Notes under the pieces: generated by a model | The model's input: the letters and a program-made list of their open reading frames with translations, nothing else | Database searches by the model: none | Told to the model about the DNA's origin: nothing | Shown here: positions 1 through 12,044 of the stretch, piece by piece | Layout: each line of letters starts with the position of its first letter | Numbering within the stretch: the stretch's first letter is position 1 | Translations under genes and position numbers: made by a program | From: Amphiscolops sp. MND2022 | Taxonomy: Eukaryota | DNA length: 64,000 bases | Assembly: GCA_964187785.1 (NCBI GenBank) | Contig: OZ076409.1 | Span: forward strand, 28,336,001-28,400,000 | Direction of reading: 5' to 3'

Positions 1-162
1 CGGTTTCCAGTGGAGCTTAGATTTCATATGATAGGCGCTTGGACAGGACTGGCCTAACTTCTTGATGAAACGTGTATCTATGTGAATGATGACGAGGAGA
101 AATTGTTGGCGTGTCAATCAATTAATTTGACATTGACCTTGACCCAGAACCTGTTGTTTTAG

Positions 163-453
163 AACGTGACACCCCACCAAGTGACGGGGTCAAGTGACAT
201 CATCCGCATGAACAGCATGATCCTGTCGACACCTGCCCGCAACCGGATGATAGCAGCCAACACAGCCTCAGTCGGCGGCCCCAACTCTAATGGTAACACG
301 TTCCACCCCTCCGCACAGGGCTCAGGGACCTCCAATACAATAGCGCCTGCTCAGATAGCTTCTGCACGTAACATCTTGCCCAACAGGCCCCAGATTGTGT
401 CTGAAATCATACAAAGTAATCACACTACTACTGCTTCAGTAGAACGGGATTAA
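163..453 (+). CDS. Probable terminal coding exon of a gene that begins upstream of the window (S/T/N/P-rich, disordered C-terminus)
   Basis: Acceptor-like ttgttttag ends at 162 and is followed by an open frame NVTPHQ...SVERD*. The exon is GC-richer than its flanks and is followed by AT-rich UTR-like sequence. No recognisable domain. Confidence 0.45.
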   Translation, partial: NVTPHQVTGSSDIIRMNSMILSTPARNRMIAANTASVGGPNSNGNTFHPSAQGSGTSNTIAPAQIASARNILPNRPQIVSEIIQSNHTTTASVERD

Positions 454-946
454 ATGAATCTGTCTTCGTTTTACAATTCCATTCACACTTAGGATAGCGT
501 TTTCTATTATTGCCTTTCAAATTGCTATTTTTCCATAAAAAATGAAGTATTATATCCAAAATGGCCATTTGTTGAAAAAAATTGGTTTGGTTTTTAATTG
601 TGATGAGATTTCACTGTGACTTCTCGTGATTAGTTAACATAATCGAAGTTCTACTGGCGGCTTTTTGCAACTTCACCATTCTAACTGGTACATATAACAT
701 TCTATAACAACTTCCAATCAGCATGCTTTGCTTTTGCCGGATTAGTCTACGATGTAGTCTTTTTCTGGGATGTTGTATTAACTTCAAAATGCTATGAATA
801 CACGCTGGATGATTGTCATCATATTTACTTGGGTTCTCACAATTCGGTCGGAAAATGGAGAGACTTGTTCATCATATGAGTTTTCGCGGAGTCAAATTCA
901 AAACGAATCAAAGATCATGAAAGAATAATCATGATCATTTTTACTA

Positions 947-1123
947 CAGTCGGACCTCACTATAACGAAATATCGCTACAACGTAATTCTCGTTTTACAG
1001 CAATTTGATTTCTAAACCAATCAGAATCAAGTGCCCAAACAAGTATTCGGAACAACGTAAACTCTTAAACAACGTAATCAATGAGATACTCCCCAAGGGG
1101 TGTGGTAACCTGAGTTCCGACTG
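947..1123. mobile_element. Tc1/mariner-pogo-type MITE (177 bp)
   Basis: TIR CAGTCGGACCTCA / TGAGTTCCGACTG (12/13 match), flanked by TA on both sides (945-946, 1124-1125). Confidence 0.7.
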
Positions 1124-1636
1124 TATGACATTTTTCGTCAAAATCACATGTCTCGATGGGGCAACGTGGAGCGCATGGTATTTCTGCATAAGCATGCGCG
1201 AGCCGATCTGTTGATTTTAATTAACATAATATTTTGGAATGTTTTAGCTTCTGGTCAAAATCAAAATTGGTAATAACGTTGTTCTATCTTGTTATCCGAT
1301 GAAATGTGGGCGCTGCTATTGTTTCGAAATGGGAAATAATTGTATCAGGGCTCTGCTTTGCTATCAATCAGTTGTACATTGTTTTCATTACTCAATACTT
1401 GATGGAGTGAGTTGCTGGTTAAGGGACAGTAATGAAATCATTCAAGCTTAGTTTGTGGCTTTTAATGTTTATCTGGCCTCATATTTGCCATGTTTTTTCC
1501 TACTCACTCAGTATCTTATTGATGATAGTAGACTGCAATGATTACACTTGCGATAAGTAAGTGTTCTGGGAAAGTGCGGGCGCTTTTTTTCCGGGCGACA
1601 ACACTCTCGTTTCACTCGGCAAGTCGCACAGTTCAC

Positions 1637-1708
1637 GCGTTCGTGGTCTAGTGATAAGATGTTTGCTTTTCAACCCAGAGGCTTCGTGTTCGAACCCGTG
1701 CGTATGCG
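1637..1708 (+). ncRNA. tRNA-like Pol III unit (pseudo-tRNA or SINE head)
   Basis: 72 nt; A-box TGGTCTAGTG, B-box GTTCGAACCC, partial acceptor stem GCGTTCG/CGTATGC, T-run just downstream. The anticodon stem does not pair. Confidence 0.55.
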
Positions 1709-2277
1709 CTATTTTTTTTACAAGTATTCCGAAGCAGAAGGTTCTCACTTTTTTTCGGCACTATGAGACTCCCCCACTTTTTTCGGCTTTGTGAGACTTT
1801 TTTTCGAAAATTTTTTAATGTCCCCAAAGTGTCCTCTATTCAATTTGCTTGATATTTTGCAACAGAACGAATGTTAGAAAATCGCAAAGGATCTCTTTCA
1901 GATTTTTCGGCACTATGAAACTGTTAAAATTTCTCATTTTTTTCCGAAAATTTTTCGAAAGACTCCAAACGGTCTCCCTTCTGGTTTTTGAAATTTTACA
2001 ACAGAATGGATGCAACAGAGTGTTAGAAAATCTCAAAGGGCCCCCTTTTACAGTTTTCGGCATTGTTAGATTTTTCAAAAGGAATAATTTTTGTCTTAAA
2101 ATTAGGTTTTCTCAGGCCCAGCAAGCTATATCCGATTTTCGTTTTTTTTAAAGACCGGTGTTTTTTCTATGCAACTTTTTTGCACATGACGAAGTCAATA
2201 TGCATTGCAGTCCAGCTAAGTAAGTTTTTTTCCACTATAGTCAACTTCATAATGAGCGCCTTTTAGAAAAAAGCCAA

Positions 2278-2349
2278 AACCCCAGAGAGATTCGAACCTG
2301 CAGCTTCCCGATTGCACGGCATAAGTGTTGACCACTGTGCCATAGGGAC
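2278..2349 (-). ncRNA. tRNA-like Pol III unit (pseudo-tRNA or SINE head)
   Basis: Minus strand GTCCCTA-TGGCACAGTGG...GGTTCGAATCT...TGGGGTT then T6. A and B boxes are at tRNA spacing; stems are imperfect. Confidence 0.55.
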
Positions 2350-2960
2350 GTTATTGAACAAAGTTGAACTGTTGAATATATACGCAGGCGATTAAAATAA
2401 TATATATACGCATATTAAAATAATCGATGTCTTCGTCATGTGTTGCGAAGCACCGCTTCGCCTCTGTGTTTAAAATTAGTTTTCATCGAAGCCCCTCAAT
2501 TTTTACAAGAAACGAAACGTTTTGCGAGCGTAAAGGACTCCTCGACGTTTTCGGCACTATGCGACTTACCGGATACCTTAATTAAAAAAATTCAAAAAAA
2601 ATCGAAATTTTTTCCTCAATTTTATGTTTTTTAAAGGTTTTCCGTTGAGGAACAGGGTTTTTTGCTATTTCCAGTTGGGGAAGAATGGTTTTCGAGACCT
2701 ATGCCTATCCCTTCGGGTATTTTTTGGGGCTGTAAGCTTGATGAAATTTTAACATTGTCTTTTTACCCTTGGTTGTCGGTATGATACTGCTTATTTGGTT
2801 TTTTTAAAGTTCACAACTTTCTTCGCAAGTGTTTGCGAAACACGGCTTCGCCTCTGTGTTAATGTGATTTTTGAATAATTTGCCAAAGTGTCTCAGAATA
2901 TTATCACTCCGGTTTATGAAATAGCTAATTAGGCTGGTTAAGTCAATGGGAAAAGCTAAT

Positions 2961-3385
2961 TTTTAGTCGGCGCCTTTTCCTTCAAAAGAAAAAAAGCCCG
3001 ACTATTACAGTGACTAGTTTTTTCCGTGAGACAACAGAATGTATGCTTAGTGGACACCTTTTCTACAGAACTACTAAACTACTTGACCGGCAAGCGGAAA
3101 CGCATCTGAGTTAGTGCAAAGGTCCCCTTTCGTGTACTCAATTTTTAACGTAAGATACAAAACCGGACGGGACTATAGGGTCCCCCCTTTGAATTTTTTT
3201 GGCACTGTGCGACTTTTTTTTAGAAATTTTTAAGTCTCCAAAGGGTCCCCTTCAATTTATTTTGATATTTTGCAACAAACTGGACTTTCAAAAAGCCAAA
3301 AGGGTCCCCCTTTTACAATTTTAAAAACTGCGCTTTTTGAGCCAGCTTTAGATATAGCGCCGACTTCAGACGTTTCCGTCTTGTT
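2961..3385. mobile_element. DINE-1/Helentron-like non-autonomous element (HINE)
   Basis: Subterminal inverted repeat AGTCGGCGC (about 2966) / GCGCCGACT (about 3357), stem-loop agtcgg...ccgact at one end, terminus ccgtcttgtt in a T-rich context. Body is near-identical to 25617-25933. Confidence 0.65.
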
Positions 3386-4782
3386 TTTATAAACAAAGTT
3401 TGATTTCCCAATTAGGAGTCATTTCTTACCCTAAAATTACTGTATCAAGTTTGGGACGAGCTTTTGATAACTTTTGAATGAAATGCGACTGAGAACTTAT
3501 ATTTTGCTTTAGTTTAATAAGTGAGTATGCTGTCACATTGAGAACCATTTCAGTTGCAGAATCATTCTAGATAAAAAAATTAACACTGAACTTTTTCTTG
3601 CTTCTTCCCGCTTTCATATATGTGCTTGGGGTCAAGTCGCCGTCTTCTTTGTCACAAGGAGCTTCCTCTTGTGGAATCTGTGAATGAAGGATGGACTTCA
3701 TTGATAGATATAGAGGGCTTTCTTTAGCTTTCTTTAGAGGTCTTCATAAGCTCCAATTTTGACGCCAAGCCACTAGTCTTCATTTCAAACTGTTTCTGAT
3801 TAGTAACGGGTTCTCTTCTGATCTCATCATCCCGGAATATTGGAGATGACTACAGTTAAACTATATAATGCGAGAATGAAAAATATCAAACTGTAAACTA
3901 ATCTTGTTTTAGAAAGAACAAGAATCGTTTAGATTGAGAACATTTTTTCCATGGTTCATTAATTCATCGTAGCAGCGCCTTCTAAATGATCTATCCTGAT
4001 TATGATTCTCAAACCAAGCATTAGATAGTTGCCCCCTCCCCAGTAGAAATTCATCCCCATCATTGTGAGTCCCCATCTCATTCGAAGTAACAGTTAGTTC
4101 CTCCAGAATACTTCTGTAGCTTGAATGTTTCATTTGCCCCCAATGGAACTCATTTTTTGGGCCGTTTTGATAGTTTGTTGATGGCGAGTCGTGTGTTTCA
4201 GATCCAGTTCCAATTACAGAAGGCGAAGACGATAGCGAATTCTATAGACCTCACTGTTAGCACTTCTTTACGAATCAATTGATCAGTTCTTGTTTTGAAA
4301 AATGTTCATACTTACCTTTCACTATACGAATTTTTGTCGAAATTTCTTTTTCGTTTCTTATCTCTCTTGGAAGCTACACTCATTTAGAAGCTAGGGAGAG
4401 TTTTGTAGTAACATAAAGCGAACAAGTGTTCATTAATTAATCGTTTACTTATTCTAATAATAATGGAATGCAGTATGTCATTACCGCTTTACAGTCCAAA
4501 ATTTGAATGCTGTGTGGAAATGCTTAAAAATTGTTTCGAAAAGTTCGTTCGGGATTAGAAGATTGGCTTCCGGAATTTTTTAATGATGATTTTATCTCGA
4601 AAATTGATGTAGAAAAACTACAAAAAACTTTTTGGAACTAGTAAAATTTGTTGAGTAATAGTGAGCCCCGGAAGGGCCAATTTTCGAAATAGGTTTATGA
4701 CACAATTTTGACCGCGCTCTAACTCCAATTGGTTTTGACCAACTCTCGTCAAGACCCCTCCGTGTTTTCAGATATCTGCAAT

Positions 4783-5873
4783 CAGGGTGGCCACTTTGCC
4801 CCCAAATTTGGGGGCACCCCCAAATGCCCCAAATTGCCCCCAGCATAATTTTAACCCCCAAATAAATGTATCGCTTAATTTTTTAATGTTTTCAGGTAGT
4901 GATGGGTGGAGATTGCAAGTTTACGAACAACTTAAGCGAGAAGTTTGCTTGGGGACTGCGCATTCCGGGACTTGACCATTCAGTGCGCTGCAAATATTGC
5001 AATACAGTGGTCAAAATTGCACGAGGATTATTTGCATTGAAACAACATGAACAATCGGCGATGCACAAGAAGAACATGCCATCAACCTCGAGCCGTACTC
5101 CAAACATTGCCGCGGCGCTTTATACGAGTTGCAGTAAGGAGACCGGCGTGCTGCGTGCAACTATTTATCATTGCTTGAAGATCATCGTGGATGACGCAAG
5201 CTTTAGATCCAGCGAATGCTTTAGTTGCAATCGGTCACTTTACAAGGTGATGTTCCCAGATAGCTCCTTTGCTGCGATTAATTGTGGGAAAACGAAAACG
5301 GGATACATCATAACGAGAGCGATAGCCCCATTTGTAAGAGACCAAGTCACCGATAAAATCACTTCCTGTGACCGTGTGGGTATTCATATGGATGAAGAAT
5401 GCGAAGTTCTGAAAGCAAGAAATCAACGTGTGGAGTCTCAAGCTACAGTTTTTCGTGACGAATTCGATATATACAAACGGCGCACACCATGTGAACTAAA
5501 AAGAGAATTAAAATCTGTCGATTCTGAAATTGAAAGAACACAAGCTTTGTTAGAGGAGCTGCATTCGAAGAAGAGCCGATTATCCTCGGAGACAGCATCT
5601 GCCAACTTTCTTGCGGATTCACAGTCGAGTGACGTGATCGCTAAAATGTTCAAAAACTGAAAAAAGGGATGAATTTTATATGCTTCATAAGTTATTTGAA
5701 TAACTTAATGTTATGCTTTTATAAGATATCATTCCTCTAACCTGTTGTTTTCAAGTACTTTCAACATGCCACGGCATAATGATATTTATTAACCATGATT
5801 TCCGTTAATTTTGTAACATTTCAGATAGATTTGCATCTGCCCCCAAATTTGAAATTTTGAAGTGGCCACCCTG
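4783..5873 (+). mobile_element. Internally deleted hAT DNA transposon (1091 bp)
   Basis: TIR CAGGGTGGCCACTT / AAGTGGCCACCCTG; perfect 8-bp TSD TCTGCAAT (4775-4782, 5874-5881); subterminal GCCCCAAAT repeats. Confidence 0.92.
4899..5660 (+). CDS. Truncated hAT transposase: BED zinc finger and N-terminal part fused to a C-terminal coiled coil
   Basis: W...RCKYC...LKQHEQSAMH BED-type finger, MFPDS...CGKTKTGY motif and first catalytic strand GIHMDE, then an abrupt switch to a coiled-coil tail. Lies inside the hAT TIRs. Confidence 0.75.
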   Translation: MMGGDCKFTNNLSEKFAWGLRIPGLDHSVRCKYCNTVVKIARGLFALKQHEQSAMHKKNMPSTSSRTPNIAAALYTSCSKETGVLRATIYHCLKIIVDDASFRSSECFSCNRSLYKVMFPDSSFAAINCGKTKTGYIITRAIAPFVRDQVTDKITSCDRVGIHMDEECEVLKARNQRVESQATVFRDEFDIYKRRTPCELKRELKSVDSEIERTQALLEELHSKKSRLSSETASANFLADSQSSDVIAKMFKN

Positions 5874-7682
5874 TCTGCAATTGATACCCCATGTAAATTG
5901 AGACACAAACTCTAAATACTGAAACCTGTGCAAAGTGAGCGCCCTTATAATGGGGAGGGCGTTACATTCGACTCGTAAAAAACGGTCGAGAGTAGCACAA
6001 TATATTTTCTAGGAAGTACACTAGAGTTATTCAATCTTCCTGTTTGTTTCAGCGCATTCAGTTTCCACAAAACGACAATTCTCTGATTCCTGTCTTTGAC
6101 ACCTGATACTTTGCAATGAATTGCAATTCCTCCATCAGATTTTTCGGCCAATTGTGTGTGATATTGGGTTCTCGTTGATTCGTTCTGTAGACTTTTGTAC
6201 AAATTACAAATGCAAAGAATAGTGCAATAGAATTTATAATACATGCTTCATGCACGTACATTGATCCTCCTTCTCCTGGTCCTTATTTTCCTCATCTGGG
6301 CTGATGCAACTTGTACATTCATTTGGAACCGAACAATTTAGTGTTACTTTTGATAATAACCCCAAATTCAACAGATTGTTAGTGTGAATTGTTTTATCCT
6401 CAACAAAGAAGGAAACGTTTGCTCTCACTTTGTTTGTTATTACACTTTTGCATTTTTTATTTCATTAATTAGCTGCTAGAATTTGCGAATGATATTTTTT
6501 ATTTATTGCAGCAGTTTTTTGTAGTCATCACTATTTTGTTTCATTCGCTACTATTACAATCAAGAACTAAATTTGTAATCATATTTATAATATATTTTGT
6601 CGATCAATACATTTTTTTTTCAAAAGGCAATACCGCATCTTTGTCGTATAAAAGACACGTGATGAAATTTTGCTTTCAAAATGTGAAGCTTGTGACAAAG
6701 CATGCTGTTCATGCGTGACCAAGGTTTTCATGTATCCAAAAATATCAGCCGCCGCTAGTTGTATCATTTCCTCTATCTACATGCCCTAATTAATTTGTGA
6801 TTGCTCCATGCAAAAGTTCAAACTTTGACGAGTTTAGTTTGAAGCATCCCGTACGATTAAGCATCCCGTTGATCTGGAACAGGGCAAAGCATCTCGAAGA
6901 AAAGCTGGAATCATAAAACTAGTATTGGCAGTTCAATATTCGAGAACCGCATTGTTACATTTTTGAATTCAAACGATCTGGTATTTACTCCAGAAATGTA
7001 ATAATATTGAACGCATAGCTTTTACTGTATGAGCACTTTTGAAATTGAGCACCAAGTCAGTGCCCTGCATAAGGATTTTAATACGCAAACGTCTGTTTTG
7101 GGGGAAATTTCACAAGGCCCAAGGCTTTTTGCGCTCTTTCAGGTTCCACATGATTGCAAAGTATTGAAGTAGTCATGGGGCGAACCAGCGAGTTTGCGCC
7201 AGTTTGCGAAGTCGTTGAAAAGGACAAAGATTCTTTCAAATATGTTTATTCACCTCAAAATGCAACATAGCAACCGAACTATCATTTTCCATGGGTCTAT
7301 CATTTAGTGGAAACTTTTACAAGTATATAACTTAGTTGCGTGCAATATCTGAGGAAGAGGCTTTTGTTTCACACAGTCATTCTTTTCTGACGACTAATCA
7401 AAGTTTAAGCACTTAACGTTAATTTCTAATCAAATGATGTGTGAAAAAGTGAAATACCACTTCGGCATGTATGCATTGTCGACATTTTTTCGGATTACCA
7501 CATTTCGAACTGTAAGCGGAAATTTTGAGGTTTTTTCCAAAAAACCGCAGCTGATACGTTTGTTTTTATAAAAAACGTAATATATCAATGACGAATTGAT
7601 GCTACGAACTAGAACATGATGGTCGCTAGAATTTATTGGCTGGGCTTGTCCGATGGAAATTGCCAAAATGTATATCAGTAGT

Positions 7683-8330
7683 TGTGATAATCCTCTTCTG
7701 ATACTAATGTTTCGCCTAAGTTCGTTTCATGTTTATACAATGGTTTGGCTGGATGTCTCAGTTTTCATTTTACAGGCCTGGAGAGGATAATAAGATGCGT
7801 GCACTCCTATAGGCCTGTCAATTTTGGACCCTGAAGATTGCATGTTTTGGGTATCATCTATTTCGGACCTTGGGTTCGTTACTGTCGATGCACTTTTGTT
7901 GGATTTTATCTCTTGCTCTCCAGCATCTAGTTTGTTCTCCATTTTTTCTCTCATCTTCATAATCCTATCGTTGTTCTTTTGTTCGAAGTTTTCAGTCCAT
8001 GCTTGAATCTCATTGCTTATTTGAATAGGTTCTATCAGTTGGCGCCTTGAGATATCAGCACCTGAAATTTCTTGAACATCGGAATTAACATTTGTCAAAG
8101 TATCATTACCTTGATTTAAAGTCTATTTGTGTTTCATCTAGACTTCTGTCAGTGGATGGTGTTTCCAATCTCCTGGACCTCCTGTTCCTCTTATATTTCC
8201 CATCTTGCTCAAGTGAAAATCGTACTTCGATTGTTGGGGAAGAATTTGAATTTATTCGAAGGAATTCTTCAAAAACAATTTAAGAATGTGATAAATGATT
8301 AGTTAAAGACTGCTTTCGCAAAAGTTGAGT
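7683..8330 (-). mobile_element. Probable LTR 3' end of a retrotransposon, containing the decayed start of a gag-like frame
   Basis: Minus-strand broken frame (NRRSRRLETPS...LIEPIQISNEIQAW...coiled coil...EEDYH) stops at ...TATCACA (plus-strand TGTGAT at 7683), an LTR-like terminus. Same layout as 62432-62768. Confidence 0.45.
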
Positions 8331-9199
8331 TTAGGTTCGGAACAACTGTTCACAGTGAAAGTTATATCACGATTGAATGATCCTTACAATTATATCCTTT
8401 CCCAAAAGCATAAATGATAAGCACTTTTTCTGGGATCATTTTTTAGAGAAACTAAAATTAGCTGAACATCAAAATCACATCATTCTCTTTATATCCTTCA
8501 AATTATACTATCATGACATCCTAAATTTTATCATTGGGCCCTAGAAATCCTGGAAACGCGAAGTAATTTGACAAATGAAGTGTTTCAAACAATATTTAAC
8601 AACATATAGACGCATGGATACAAAACGCTGGAAAATACGGCTCAAAATGTATAGTGCCGCATACACTGTATCCCTCGCACCGTAAGGTGCCGTATGCAAC
8701 ACACTGACGTTGGTATTAAAAGCGAACAGTATTGTATATACATTACAGCTCACACATGGTTATATGTAATTTTATTATGAAAACCGCATAATGACGTATA
8801 AGTGGTGTTGCACAATCTGCCTAATAACGTATAATGAGATTAGGGAAAACCCAAGTTACCGCATCTGCGGTTTACCTAAAAACGTATGTTGACGCATAGT
8901 CAAAGACGTACAATGCCGCATATGCACAAAACTTATTTACGCATAATGACATGAACAAGATATTTTTGAAAAGAGCTTTGACGTTTATTTGCCATACCAT
9001 TTACAGTATCATGACGCATGATGAGATCCAGAATCTGCAAACTGAGTACTTCTATGTTATTATTTCCGATGAGTCACATCTATGAATCACTCGCGAATGA
9101 AGGGAATTTCATTAACTGGTTTAGAAATAGCCCAAAGTAAATCAATCACAAAATATAGCTATAAAATATACAAGACTTGATTAAAAATGAATACAAAAT

Positions 9200-10270
9200 C
9201 AAGTTTACCAAAACTCAAAAGGTTTGCTGAGAGGTTTCGATTGGTTTCTTTTTCGTCACAGTTGCAAAACGGACCCATCGCATCGCTGGGGTTGCCACAG
9301 TCCCGCATTTTTGAGAAGGAAAAGAGTAGCATCTAAACCGTCTATGAATGCCCTTGATCGTATTCCGATATCTCGAACTGTTTCTATCTCGTACTCTGTA
9401 GCCATCAGGTGATCGCCAAGGGTTTCAATGCGATTTGATCGTAGCACTTCCCGCAGAGGTCGCAATAAACCGCTACATTGGGCATTACTGTGAGCAAGAG
9501 ACGAATACTCTGTCTTTCGATTACTTGAATGAGTAAGAAGTTTGTACTATGCGAGATATCCAAGGGAAATCCCACTTGCACTGTTGGTTGTAATGTACTT
9601 ATTGGTTGTTGGCCCCCGGAACTGTTCCTCTCAGTGGTATTAGGAACATCATGGGGGTCAGATTGTCTCCTGGAATTACATTGGGAACCATCTCACCAAG
9701 TTGCATGCCGCTTGTTTTTCATTTGCTGTTCCTTCTGATCGTTCATCTGCAAGGGCTGTAAGTTTGTGGTTTCACGTCTGAAATTTGGTGTGTTTACAGG
9801 CTCAGATTTTGGCAATATCCCTCTCAGCCCATTTTCAGCTCTTGGGGTAGGGTAGGTAGAACAGCTGTCGTTGGGCCCCCATAATTGTTGAAGTGACCTG
9901 TTGGGTTTTCACAGACTCTCCAAGGGAACAAATTCGTTTCCTCGAATCGCTATCTATGAATGAATTCGGCAAAAGCGATTGCTCCGCTTGGGTTTCCTCT
10001 ACCAAATACATTAGGTCCCTTTCTAACTGGTTCCCTGCTGTATCAACCTCGGTTCTTGGGATCACATTTTCCTCGTTGGATGACCCCACGAAGGCTGACA
10101 TCAAGTTGGATCCAGTTGTATTTAACCTGAATCTCTCCTACAATTGTGGAACTTTACCAGGCTCGACAGTGAATATATCTGTCGCAGCCCCCACCACACT
10201 GCGAGACTCAGAACTTAGAGGGAACGCCCAGGGAAGAAAGTGGAGAAGACGACCGAGAAGAAATTAACAA
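9200..10270 (-). pseudogene. Decayed ORF of unknown function, probably transposon cargo
   Basis: About 1 kb of coding-like sequence with stops and frameshifts; ends in CDLCGKCYDQIA / ETLGDHLMATEY...RAFIDGLDATLFLLKNAGL. Confidence 0.4.
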
Positions 10271-11630
10271 AACACCAAAAAACGTGGAAAAAACACCCAG
10301 CAAACAAGTATAAATATGATCAATTAACTATGAGAATGTACAATTATTGAAAATAACACCATTGTGCAGTATCTGAAAGACATACATATGTGAATAATTA
10401 TATACTAATAAGTGCAGTAGTTTGTTTACAGTCAAACAACCAGCGCGTTGACTGAATTTGTCACAGCTAGCGCGCTGACTGGAGTACTGCCCCAGCGCCA
10501 GCGGCTAACAGCAACTAGTCTTCTTCAATTTTGTGTTTTACCCAATAACCGTTGAGCGCAACAATGCTAACCAATCTGAATCAACCTTCCAGGCAGCATA
10601 CCAGTGGACTAATGCTGGGACGCACACTCAGTCGCTCAACTGAATTGTCCTAAAAATGAAAGTGATTAAATGATGCTAAATGTAAATTCAATAGCATTTC
10701 AGAGTGTAAAAGAAACTACCCGTATAGGAAATGTCGAAGATAAACCGAAAGAACGTAATTAGCAATTATTTGATGCTATCACATTATATTCTATAATTTT
10801 GAAATTGGGTCGTCCGCCGGGGCAGCCCACCAAATTATCCAAGCTAGCTAGGTCGACAACCGGGGCTAACCGTCGATTGGATTGATAACTCGGAGGAGTC
10901 GCAGTGTAAGGTAACTGTATTCTATCCCACTCTTTATGTTTTGTTGTGCTAAACAGTATGTGTTCATGATAATCCATTATGATTTGTCTATGCCAATTGA
11001 TGCTATTCAGGATTTACTTCGGGTCAGCCACCAGGGCGACCAACATACAATCATCAAACAATTTACCCCTCACTCGAGTTTTAGCGGAACTATTCATGTA
11101 ATCAGTCTAATCATTAACCTCGAGAAGAGATTTAGCCAGTATCTGTTGCTTATTATTGTTTATTGTAGTTATTCAATAAAACCACCCTTCAATAATTTGA
11201 GTCAACTGTTCAAACTTAGCCGATCGTGTGTGAACGCCCTGCCTACGACCGGAATCGATTTTGCTACTTTCGCAGAAACCATTCATTGTTTGAGATAATG
11301 TCTATGATTGAAATTTATTTAATTATCGATTATTTTTTTGAGTGTAGTCTTGTGGTTTAATTCCCTGTGAATTTTCATTTTCTATCAAGGAAATTTTCAT
11401 TTCCTTTTCCCGCTTTAGGTGCTAGGTTCATGTATTTCAGTTCCAACTTTGACTTCGGCGTCTTGAAAAGGGAATGAAGAAGAAAGGGACGCGGAATTGG
11501 GAAGCTGCAGTAAGTTGATTCCCACATTTTCTTAAAAGTGAGATTAAGCCGAATGCCGAGTCCCAAGGAAGCTTACTTTATTTGGACTTCCCGTTTTGTA
11601 ACTTACGCCGAGTCGGACGAGGTGAGAATT

Positions 11631-11659
11631 CACGCGCGGGGTTTTCCCCGCGTGTCTAG
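11631..11659 (+). mobile_element. Helitron-like 3' terminus
   Basis: GC-rich hairpin ACGCGCGGGG-TTTT-CCCCGCGTGT immediately followed by CTAG. Confidence 0.45.
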
Positions 11660-11689
11660 CGTAAAGTATATATATATATATAAAATAGA

Positions 11690-12044
11690 TTGAGTTTTAA
11701 ACAAATCGAAGGTAACTGAGTAAATCAAGTTCATTCGAGGATTGGGGAAGAATTGTGTACTTTCCTAATNNNNNNNNNNNNNNNNNNNNNNNNNNNNNNN
11801 NNNNNNNNNNNNNNNNNNNNNNNNNNNNNNNNNNNNNNNNNNNNNNNNNNNNNNNNNNNNNNNNNNNNNNNNNNNNNNNNNNNNNNNNNNNNNNNNNNNN
11901 NNNNNNNNNNNNNNNNNNNNNNNNNNNNNNNNNNNNNNNNNNNNNNNNNNNNNNNNNNNNNNNNNNNNNGAAAGTACACAATTCTTCCCCAATCCTCGAA
12001 TGAACTTGATTTACTCAGTTACCTTCGATTTGTTTAAAACTCAA
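11690..12044. repeat. 75-bp perfect inverted repeat flanking a 200-N assembly gap
   Basis: 11690-11764 is the reverse complement of 11970-12044; Ns at 11770-11969. Confidence 0.9.

Larger units (their letters stand above)
1540..2882. repeat. Composite interspersed repeat sharing modules with the HINE-like family
   Basis: Recurrent ttttcggcac(t/a)(a/g)tgagac and gggtccc/ccccttt modules also seen at 3.2, 25.8 and 40.1 kb. Internal direct repeat ttgcgaa..ac.gcttcgcctctgtgtt at about 2443 and 2833. Boundaries approximate. Confidence 0.55.

Noticed and set aside
1637..2349. Functional tRNA genes
   Set aside because: Anticodon and T stems do not pair properly; kept only as tRNA-like units.
3580..4320. 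Possible minus-strand exons (ORF 3909-4133 and neighbours)
   Set aside because: Stops and frameshifts, no recognisable domain, and no consistent splice model.
11697..12037. ORFs spanning the N gap (also 59348-59929 on the plus strand)
   Set aside because: Artefacts of translating Ns.
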